Assembly: GCF_009914755.1 (NCBI RefSeq)
Contig: NC_060938.1
Length of the DNA stretch: 64,000 bases
Origin: the human T2T-CHM13v2.0 reference genome, Homo sapiens
Direction: 5' to 3' (one strand)
The notes below the pieces were generated by a model that was given only the letters and a program-made list of their open reading frames with translations, ran no database searches and was not told where the DNA came from. Positions within the stretch are counted from its first letter, which is position 1. Each line of letters starts with the position of its first letter. Both the position numbers and the translations under genes were made by a program. This document shows, one piece after another, positions 53,256-64,000 of the stretch.

Positions 53256-53508
53256 AAAAAGTTCTCATTTCAGATGAAATATGAGCATGTAGATATGCTA
53301 TCTCTATTAATAATTCATTTGTTCTGTGTTGTTTTGAACTCTTGTAACTTTAAATCACTAAAACAGGTTAATTCTTGTCAAATGCTATTTACATCGTGTT
53401 TGTTTCATTGAAGCATAATACAGGTTCAATAAATGTTAATTTCCTGTTCTTTGTATGCTATAGCAAAAATAAAAAATCTTCTGATGCTTAAAAAGACTGG
53501 TAATAGTC

Positions 53509-53955
<447 letters not shown>

Positions 53956-55084
53956 TTAGGTTTCTTGAATCAGGTCACTGATTTTTAAGTCTGCATCCAT
54001 TTTAGAGAACTCTCCCTCCCCACTCCCCTTCAACATATCCCATCCTCTTTCACCTATCCATTCAGATTCTTTCATTTAATTATTTCAGACCCTGGGAATT
54101 AGCAGTCCCTTCTTGAAAGCATTGGAATGGGGCAGTTTTAATTTTTATTAGTATCAGCTTTCTCCTCCTCACTGCCATATTTACTTCTTTGGGAGGAAAA
54201 GGAAGTGCATATGTAGCTATAAAAGAAGACATAGCCCAGGTTTCTAGGATTTGCACCTCCGCATTGGCAAATTTTCCCAGTCTGTGTCTCCGAACAGGGT
54301 TTTAATCACCTGGGCTCTTGTCCTTGGCATTGAAAGCTTTAAGAGTACTGCAGAAATGGTAAATTAACCACATTTAACAAAATAGAAAGTTTTCATTGTG
54401 TCATAAAAAGCCCTATTGATCTTGTTCAGGCATTGACTCCAGGTCCTTTTAACAAGCCACTCTGTCTAGACTTGCAGGCTAGAGCCCACAGTGCTAACAA
54501 AGGAGGAGCTGGGCTGCCCTCCCTCCCCCTGCAGGGGAAGGCTAAGAGGATGGGCACAGATTCAGGCTTCTCAATGGGGATTTTCTTAAAGAACTAGCAT
54601 GATTTTATTCTGCTGTGGAAAGGAAAAGCATTAGGAGACTTGTGGCAGATGTACCTGTCACTTACTCCAGACTCCAGCCTTGTTTGACTCTCTGTGTCTG
54701 CTGTGGAACTACCCCATCATAACAGATTAACGTGTCTTCCATATCCCTCAGCTTCCAGCAACATTTCCTCCTGTTGCCCTTAGGAAGGTAGGCTGAACTC
54801 TGATGCCAACGCAGGGAGCAGTGGGTCTCCAGAAAGAGCGTGGAAAGCAACGATGGGGCAGGAGGAGGAATTGGCAACTTTAGAATCACTGTGACCAACT
54901 CAACTTCATTTCAATTCAATTCCACAGGTCTTTACTTAACAAATTCTGGGTAAACAGGAGATTTTGAAAAGGCAAGAAAAATTGCTGCTCACAGCGTGTG
55001 GTTAAAAAGTTGACATCCATAAATCAAATAACCAAAGAATCATTCAAGATTTATTGGGCGGTTAGACGTTTTATTGGCAGCAGA

Positions 55085-55350
55085 GATTTAACTTTTCAAA
55101 AAATGATGAAGTATTTCAAACATAAAACATGTAGAACCTATAGTAGAGGATATTGCAAACATTGCTTTACCCATCACTCAGATTGAACAAATCTTAATGT
55201 TTTGCCATTTTTGCTTTATATCTTTTTGTAAAGACTTAGTCATGTTCGAATACCTTCCTGGTTCCATTTATTCTCTTCCTCCTCCAAAGTAACCACTACC
55301 TGAAGTTGATGGGGAGATTTTCTGTATACATATTTCTTATTCTTGTTACA
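55085..55350 (-). mobile_element. Old L1 (L1M-type) 3' UTR fragment
   Basis: tatttcaaacataaaaca...tacccatcactcagatt...aatgtttttgccatttttgcttta resembles reverse L1ME/L1MC 3' ends. Confidence 0.5.
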
Positions 55351-57317
55351 TACGAATAGAGCTGTAGTATCAAATAATTAGTGATCACTATATAGCTATG
55401 TGTGTGTATGTGTATATATATATAAATTAGTGGAGGTCAATTTTATCAGCCCCTCATCATTTATATTCATTATTCTCTATATATTCTGGGCTGAAGGAAG
55501 GACATGTTAAGTAAAATTCTTTAATACCTTATACTTCCCTGTTCATCACCCAAGCAAAACTTGGTACCACCTCTAGATCCCACTTTCCTGTTTTAGGATC
55601 AGAAAGCATTTGGCTCCTAAAATATCTGTAGGAAGTTTCACATAATATCTGATTGTCTTGTTTTCTCTAGATACTTAAAGGTGGGGAGTTTTACCAAAAA
55701 TATAATCTAATTGCAGATTTATTAAGGCAGGAAGTAGATTACATTGTCTTCTAAGATTTCTTCTGATACTATGGTGATAATTGTTACAGAGAATTCTTTA
55801 CTTGTTTTCATCTTGGACTAAAGAGATATTTGATAGAAATAAACATTTTAAAGTTCATATGGTAAAAAATTCCTACTTATTGCTTTGAAATATCTAAATA
55901 TCTGTATGAGTTTTCCCAAATTCTGTAAACCTTCATGACTTCTATATTATTTTCTAAACATGTATGTGTGAATATAGTGAGTATCTAATTTTGGTAGCAA
56001 TTAGTGTTGATATGTGTGCTACTGTATATAAAAAACATTTCAGATGCTCTACTTTGGGCTCTAGATTCATTGTGGATATTTTTCATTATTATTAATTTTG
56101 TTTGTATCAAAATTATACAAAAATATACAGTGTTACTAGGGACACAGACCTCTCCTCTCCAGCTCTGTGTCCCTCCTAACATTTTTGTCCTTATGAAGTC
56201 CACAGAATGTAGTGTGACAGCATGGCATTTGCTATTCCAGTATAATCGCCTTAGTTATTGAGTACTTTTGATGATTCTTTTTGGTCTTGGCCAAGGGTGA
56301 AAGGATATGTAAGTTTGTGAGTATGTATATATTATACAATTTTTTTTGTTCAAAAACTTCAAAATTCTATGTGAAACTTATTTGTAGGAAGTCAATTCTG
56401 GTTAAGTTCTCCACCATCCTAATTACTCATATACTCTGTGTAACTTCAGGAAATGTATTTTTAGGAAACACTGTAGGCTAGAGCTGGCTTTGACATTATT
56501 GATATATTTTCTTGTCATTGAACTCATGTGGCTCCAGATGTGCCTATTATCCCTCCAGTCACAGTGAAAGCAACCCAAGGACCAGTTTGATATCCTGAAT
56601 TTCTCCTGATACTTTTATTTTGGTGCCTATTTCAATATTTGTTGAGCGCTGAGGTGACAACCATAACATTTCCCTCTGATTTCTGAACTGATTGTGTAAT
56701 AGACATAAGAGTCAAATCATAATTGTGTCAAGGATCCAAATATCAGTTCTATTGCTGGTAGAGTTAGAGCATGTGGCTTTTACTGCAGTAAAATTGGGCT
56801 TCTTTATAATTTTTCCTTTGAATTAAACTCAGCTACTCAGCAACAGTTAGAAGAGCCAGAAAACTGCAGGCCTTCTTCCATAAGGGCAGAGTTTACTGTG
56901 GTAAGGATTACTGCATGGGACTGCCTAAAGGAGAACTCACAAGCCTTGTAGAAAGAAATAGAGTAAAAGGCAGGTCACCTGGGAATAGTGACTATCTAAT
57001 TACGAAATGTAGAACTAGGGTATCAGACCCTTACTACAGCACCAAGCAGATGAATCACTGCAGGAGAATGAATAAAGGAGACATGGTCAAAGTGTTACTC
57101 CAAAATGATCTCTTCTGGGGAATGGGGAGGAAATGTTCTCGTGGAGTCATGGGGGCAGGAAAATGGATTCCCCTCTGTAAGACGGAGTGCACTATTTGTG
57201 TTCAATGCTTGTTTGATTGACTGACCCATAATTAAAATGAGAAACGAATACTGAAAGAAGCATAATTACAGTTTTGCTTATATGGATCTGGTGGTTGACG
57301 GAAAGTAAAATATACAG

Positions 57318-57607
57318 TACATTACATAAATTATTGTAAGTGGGAAGACAGGCATGTGCAGTACAATTGGCCCAGGTTGTGTATTTCTTTTTTTATTTTT
57401 TTATTTTTATTTTTTTTAGCAATATCCGTCCTATCTTAGAAATGTCTCCTGGATCCCTATATTACATAAATTATTATAAGTGGGAAGACAGGCAGTACAA
57501 TTGTGTGCAGTACAATTGGCAAACAATTGGCTCATGTTCTGTGTTTTTTTTTATTTTTTATTTTTTAGCAATATCCATCCTATCTTAGGAATGTCTCCTG
57601 GCTCCCT
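57318..57607. repeat. Tandem duplication, about 140-150-bp unit x2
   Basis: attacataaattattRtaagtgggaagacaggca at 57321 and 57461; both copies end ttttagcaatatccRtcctatcttagRaatgtctcctggNtccct. Confidence 0.95.
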
Positions 57608-57769
57608 CTTCACCTCTCTAGCCATTTGTCCACCCACTGGACCCCTGGTACAATACAAGTATAATTGTGCCACTCATTAGCTGAATTTCTTCTCTGCTAA
57701 TTCCCCATCCCCAGTGCTCAAGAATGTAGAGAAGGCCCCAGTCTGCATCTTGAGCCTATACATGTGTCC

Positions 57770-58365
57770 ATTGCTCTAGCCACCTTGCACTTTTCACCTT
57801 CTCCTAAATACTCTGTGCTCTTCTAATGACCACACCAATGGATATGCTGTTTCTTCTAATTAGCATTTCATTCCTCCCTTTGTAGGTAAACTATTCATAA
57901 CTCAAGACACATTTTAAGTATGACCTCCTGTATGGAAACTTCTCTTATGTCCAGGGTCAGTTATTCCCTCTTCTGTGTGCCTATATCACCTACCAAACCC
58001 TTACTACACTGGTAATTATTTGCTTGTGCATACCTTCTCAACAACAATGATAGCTAACACTTCTATGGCTGGGAACTGGGCCAAGAACTTTATTGTATTC
58101 CTGCCTCACAGCAACTCTATGAAATATGTACTATGGTTATTCCCATTTTGTAGATTAGGGAAAGAAGGGTTAGAGAAGTTAAGTAATAAGCTAGAGTTCC
58201 ATAGATTTAGATAAGTTTCAGAGCTGGCTGCCAAACCCGCATCTGTCTGATTGAAAGCTTTTCTCATCACAGTTCATAATGTAAGTCCACTGTTCAACCA
58301 GGCAGAGTGCCCTGTTAACATGAATCCGTTGTCAGGGCCTGGCACATAGCAGGCATTCAAAATTT
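57770..58365 (+). mobile_element. L2 3' region interrupted by a minus-strand MIR (about 58045-58275)
   Basis: tgctctagccacc...tgacctcctgtatggaaacttctct...; MIR ttcccattttgtagattagggaaagaaggg; L2 end gggcctggcacatagcaggcattcaa. Confidence 0.65.
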
Positions 58366-61300
58366 TTTAGCTTTACAATTTCTTTTTTTTGTAAAATGTC
58401 AGCTAATGATTTATACTTACAAGGTTGCCATGTGACTTAAGTGCATTCAGCACTGAACACATTACCTGGTGCATAGTAGGCACCTGTGAATCTTTACTTT
58501 TTAAGTGAATAAACAAAAATGTAACTTTTATTGTAATGCAGTTGACAGCAATTCAGTCTTTAGGATACCATTAGCTTTCTAGTGATTTCAGTGAAGCGTG
58601 GTTTTCCAGGCCATTCTTCTGTGGACGGAGGCAGCTTCCCTCACCAGGATGCTGGCTGTTTATTTTCCAAGTGACAAGTTGATTTACTATTTTCCTTCTC
58701 ATCACTTTCAAGAAGCATCTGCAGGCTAGTGAGTGACCCAGGCAGTGTGGAAAAGTCCATTTATTTCTCTGCTGCATCTTTCCTACGGAGAGTCTGAGGA
58801 TAAGGGTTGGAAATGGCCTCAGGAGGTCAGATTTCCTGTGTATTTTCTTTTGTAGTGCAGGATTGCTCAGGGCGACACAATTTCCCGTCTGCTGGTACAC
58901 TCTGCTTTTAAAATACCTGTGTGATGGGATGTGTCAGGTAAAGAATTTTGTTGTTTGTCCTTGGGGGATGGCTCTGCAGCTTGATCTCTCTTAATGCTTT
59001 CTTTGGCCCTAAAATACATTGTAAGGGAAATGAGACAGGGAGAGCCAAGAGTGCAGTTCACTTGTGCAATCTTTTGCCTTTTAACACAATCATTCTGTTC
59101 CTCCCTAAATTCTAGCAGGAAATGTCATTAAGTGTACAATAGAATTCACTCCACTAAAAGAATTTCTACTTTCCCCTCACTTTTGCAAATATGATCATCT
59201 CACAGCTCAGCAGATAACTTGGATGTCTGCTCACAGCTTCCTAAGAGGCTCTTAGAGGTAGGTGTTCCTGTTCAGTATATTGGATTCTTAGCAGGTTGGA
59301 TAGTAAGGAAACAGACTTGTAGAGGAACGAACTCATACTTGCCTTGTTCTTTTGCCAGCAAAATACTCAAATTGCTGTTTTAGCTCAATATACCTTTCAG
59401 CACTGAGGGTATATGCAGCCCCTCCATCCCCCAGGAATGAGTAGAACTGTGCAATCGTGGACTTATTCCCTAGACGTTTCTTTCTGCAGTTGTGTACCCT
59501 TTTGCCTTGGAGCCATTACTTCTTTTGTCATTACTGAGGCTTCTTTGCCTGGAAAGCACTGGCCAGAATTGGGTGATCTGTGAGTTCACGACTTGAGAAC
59601 CTCCAACCTCTGATTGCAGTTGCACTGGTGGAGAAGGCACAATATAGCCCCTGCTGGGTTTGTCTTCACAGAGAGTAAATGAGTTCACAGGCTGGCCACA
59701 AGACCACAGGCCATCTCTTTGCCTAGCAGGCAAGGCAATAGTAGCCCACATGTTTTTGTGCCTCATTAGTTTCCAGGTGGGCCAGGCCAGGATGGGCAGC
59801 CAGGTTATCTTTGCATGAATACAGACTAAAGTACTGCACTGTGCTGCTGTACGAGACCAATTTGAAGGACAAAGGCTGCATGCTACAATGAGAACAATTT
59901 CGCTGTGTCTCTGAGGCTCATCATCAGGAAGCTGGCTCCCACTCCTTTCTGGAGCTCAGCAGGTGTTCTTCACAGGACCACTGGCTACAGCCACTTCAGA
60001 GGGGTCAGCATTTTAACGGGCTCTTCTAAGTATCTAAAAATTCCATTTCTAAGGCTCTCTGTTGGAGGTAAAGAGTGTTATCTTCTCAGATTGGCTTTTT
60101 TCAGCTTGTTGTTGAGAATTTGGAAAGAAAGTCAACCTACTCCCCTACTTGCCTGCTTTGTTTCCTGCTGCCTACCAGGGCTCTTGTCTACCATTGTCAG
60201 TAGTTTTACCTTTCAACAGGTTGAACCTCATGCAGCTGCAGAATATCAGATATAGGGTGCTAGGCATCTGCTTTGGGAATCTGAGTTCCTGGCAAAGTAG
60301 TGGTATGGTGTAGTAGGAAAAGCAATGGAATGAAAATCATAGCGTTACAGTTTTGGAAATGGCACTCCGTAGTACCTTGTATGACCCCTGTAAACTCTAT
60401 GTGTCTCTATTTCCTCACATTGGTGTAATCATAGTAAAATGACCTCACAGAACATTGAGAGGATACAAATAATGATTAAGAAGGCATTTGGAAATCCATG
60501 ACACGTCCAGATGCATGTAAATACCTGCTTGCAAATGGCCCTAGAATCCTTCTTTATCAATGTCTGACATGTTTTCATTTTCAGTCCTTTCTTGACTAAT
60601 TCTTTGTCTTTTTCTGCCAAATTTTGCCTTTGGTCTTTGGCTTTCCAATGATTGCACTTGGATCTTAAGTATCCACACTTTGGTTTCCTCCTGTGTTCTC
60701 TGGCTTGCTGTGCCTCTGCCTCTCTTAGGTTGTTCTGCTAGGAACTTCTGCTTACATTCTTGCCCAGTGAAGTGTAAACCTCACTATATCCAGGAACTAT
60801 ATCAACATCTAGGCTGAACCAGTTCCAGGCAACCCCTGAAAAAGTAGTTCAAATGTATTCCTAAAAGATTATGCAATCTCTTAAAAATACAGGTTGAATC
60901 CTTCTATCCTTCTCAGTAAAATTATGCAATGGTTCCCCATAACTTATAGAAGTTCAAATTTTTTGCCCTTAAAGCCCAGTTTGGGTTTTTAAGACACCAA
61001 GCCATTAGGAATGGCAGGCCTAATTAAACAGTTGCATGCATTTTCCCCACACTTCTTAGATTGCATAGTAATAAAATATAACACTGAGTATTTTAATCTG
61101 CTTTGGAATTTCTCAGAGAAATAGAGTGATTATTATATAAATTGTAAGTTGGGTGTCTTTTAGGGGGAAAGAAGTGAAGAACAGAATTAAGTAAATGCTT
61201 ATTAATACTAAGTATATATCAGTATTGAATTAATCAGCCATTTGAAAGATCAGTACTTCATATATCTTATACAAACTGATTTAAAATCTTGAGTTATACA

Positions 61301-61969
61301 TATCTAGATTGCATCTAGTGTTTAATCAATTGGACACTTACAAATAATGGATAAATGATTTGTTGTCATACAGAGTTGAGCTTTGCTTTTCATGCAGTGA
61401 GAATAATACTTTTCATTTTTACACTTATGCAGTTGATTGTAAACTTTGGGATGATATAATTTAAATGGATCTAAACAGTCCATTAGCTATGTCAGTGCCT
61501 CCTCTCTTGCCAAGCTATAGTTTTATGCTAAGCTGTTGTGTACTGTATTACATAATCCCCTGCATTCATTTTCTCCACCTATTTAGCTTGAATAAATACA
61601 AGGTGACTGCATTGTCTCTTCAACCTACTTCTCAGTAAAAACACCAAGTATAAAAAACAGATTTTTGGGTGCTATTTTGTTTTTTCTAATGGAGGATTCA
61701 AAGGATTGAATAAGGTTAGAAATGCATGTTTGTCACTATTTGGTTTTGCCCCTTTTAGTTACCCTTACTGTCAACTTAGTATGGTTTTCAAGGTGATAAG
61801 AGAGTGGTTGAGTCTCAGCTACTGGAAGGAAATTAAGATAGATTGGAGGTCTTAGAAGAAAAATCATGTCAGTTGTGCAAGTGGACAAAACAATGATTTC
61901 TTCAAGGTCCTCATTTTTTTCTCCTTCTCCTTTCTAGCCCTTGATTTGCTCTTTTAAAGACTGGGTTAT

Positions 61970-62061
61970 TGGGAGGCAGAGCTTGCAGTGAGTCGAGGTC
62001 GTGCCACTGCACTCCAGCCTGGGGGACAGAGCGAGACTCTGTCTCAAGAAAAAAAGAAAAG
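61970..62061 (+). mobile_element. Severely 5'-truncated AluY-like insertion
   Basis: gggaggcagagcttgcagtgag...gacagagcgagactctgtctc followed by an A tail; TSD gactgggttat at 61959 and 62062. Confidence 0.9.
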
Positions 62062-64000
62062 GACTGGGTTATGCATTGCTAGTGCCTCTTACCCCATAAC
62101 ATGTAGGGGAAAATTATTCCATCACTTGAAAATGATATACATTTGCTTATGTAGGATACGATTCAGAGAGAAGCTTTCAGTTGTCTATTGTTTGTTGACC
62201 AATGGAGGAGATATCCCAACATGGTAATGCTGATCTTGGTAGCCTCCTCTGACTCAGGGAAGAGGTAAACTGAGAAAATTCTTCACTGGATGAAAAGATG
62301 GGGAAGGTTGTGAATGGTTACAGCAATTTCTGTTAAATATTTGCAAAGGAAGGCACTTGGCCACATAAAATCTTCTTCGGTATAGTTGCATGGAGATTAG
62401 CATAAATATGCATGTGATTTGCATAGGCCTTTTCTTCCTCACGTTGGTTTTAGTTCTTATTTATTTATGGTGATATTCTCTTCTCTACACTGATGCCATT
62501 TTTTCCCCTGTGGCCTCCCACATAAAAGAAGTGTTTTTGCTTTAAATACAGATCTAGGGGCTGAAAGGGAAACATTTCTTTTGGTGAATGAGTGATTCAT
62601 GTAAGGTGAGAGGAATTGGTTTCTGGCTCAATTTATTCAAAGTTTGGGATGGTTTGTCAGTCAATGCACAGTTCCATGGAATCATCTGTGGCCTTTGACA
62701 AGACAAGTAGGAGCATCTGGAATATCCAGAGTGATGGGCAAAGGGAAGATAATGAATATTTAGACTAAGAAAAGACCAGACATGCCCCAAGCCCAGAGTA
62801 CCACAAACTAACTGTGATGTCTCAGGCAACTCACTTATTTCTAGTCATCAATTTCTTCCTTAATAAAATAAGGGCATTAAATCAGGCCATCTCTAAAATC
62901 CCTTATAGCTCTAAAATTTATTATTTTGACAGACTCCTTGCTCTAATTATATAAAAAATATTAAGCACCATGTAGCACATTAAATAATATCTGGTGCCTT
63001 GCTGTTCTGTCAAACTTTTCCCCTTTGAAGGGTACTGGATGATTAATTTAAGCTTCTCTTTATAGGCACTACTTTCCTTGCTCATTTTTCTCAGTTCAGT
63101 GGGCACACAAGGTATAACTTAAATGTTTATAGAAGACACCCATTAATATACCACTTGCGGTGCCAAGGACATGCACAGTAGTTGGCTTTGTGGACATCCA
63201 TGTCTGTAGAAAAAGAGCTTAGTTGTGATAACGCCATTTGATTTGTCACCTTCTACTCTAGATCAGGGTCACCTCCAGGTCTCCTGAGCAGGGCCTTGTC
63301 CAATTGCATTTTAACAAAGACGATTCTTCAGAAATGAGGGGAGAGATCATGACAATAGACAGAACATTTGGGGAGTGGATAGATCTACTTCAAACACGCA
63401 GACAGTGTTGAATTTCTGCTTTATTATTTTTGGGGGGCTATTTCTGCTAAAATCCAGTATGAGTTATGGGCTAACTACTTATACATGTGCAAGCTACCCT
63501 GTGAGCATTTATAGGTGAACAGGTCTCTTTTGCTTATACCAATGTGTGTGCAAGCAGACATATGCAGGTAGATACATATGACTGGGCTGCTCTGGAACAC
63601 ACAAGAGAAACTTGATCTCTTCTTTAACTCCCTGGAGTATGAAGCTGAGGCTGATGTTTTAATGATGTCATAATGCTAAGATTAATTTAACAATATGTAG
63701 TGGGTAGAAGTCTTTTCACATTATAAAATATCTCCTTTTTACAGCTCTTACTTTATGATGAAAAAATATTCATTTTGCCTAAGAAATTTACCTGGGGCTG
63801 TAATGGTTAACACAGATCTGAGTTGAAGTGGACTTGGCTTTGGTTAATAAGCCTGGAGTGTAGTTCCGGCAGGGAAAATATAATTCTCTCAACCTTATTT
63901 TGTAGCCTCCAATCTTTAGAGGGAAACTGTATACCTCAACTATTGTTGCCATTTTCTTTTAGTAATGAGGTGCTTTTGATAGCTTTTGACCAACTCTGGT

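Overview
Primate (human-like) non-coding genomic DNA, intronic or intergenic. I can support no protein-coding exon, tRNA, rRNA or CpG-island promoter, and I cannot identify the locus. The ORF track consists of short chance ORFs and Alu/LTR-derived frames. The window is a typical eutherian repeat mosaic: 12 Alus or Alu fragments (AluJ/S/Y-like, most with visible target-site duplications), MaLR solo LTRs (MLT1A/MSTD-like, THE1), many L2 and MIR remnants, and DNA-transposon MITEs (MER5, MER20, MER58, MER81, Charlie18a-like, MADE1). The best leads are: a MADE1 with a perfect 32-bp hairpin (miR-548-like), a near-consensus CTCF site at about 18.8 kb, a template-switching scar at 42.4-42.6 kb, an exact 27-bp dispersed duplicate between two CpG-retaining unique segments at 13-14.8 kb, two local tandem duplications, and an inverted AluY cluster. 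I see no evidence of a new multi-gene biological system. Repeat subfamily calls come from remembered consensus sequences, and the boundaries of old repeats are approximate.
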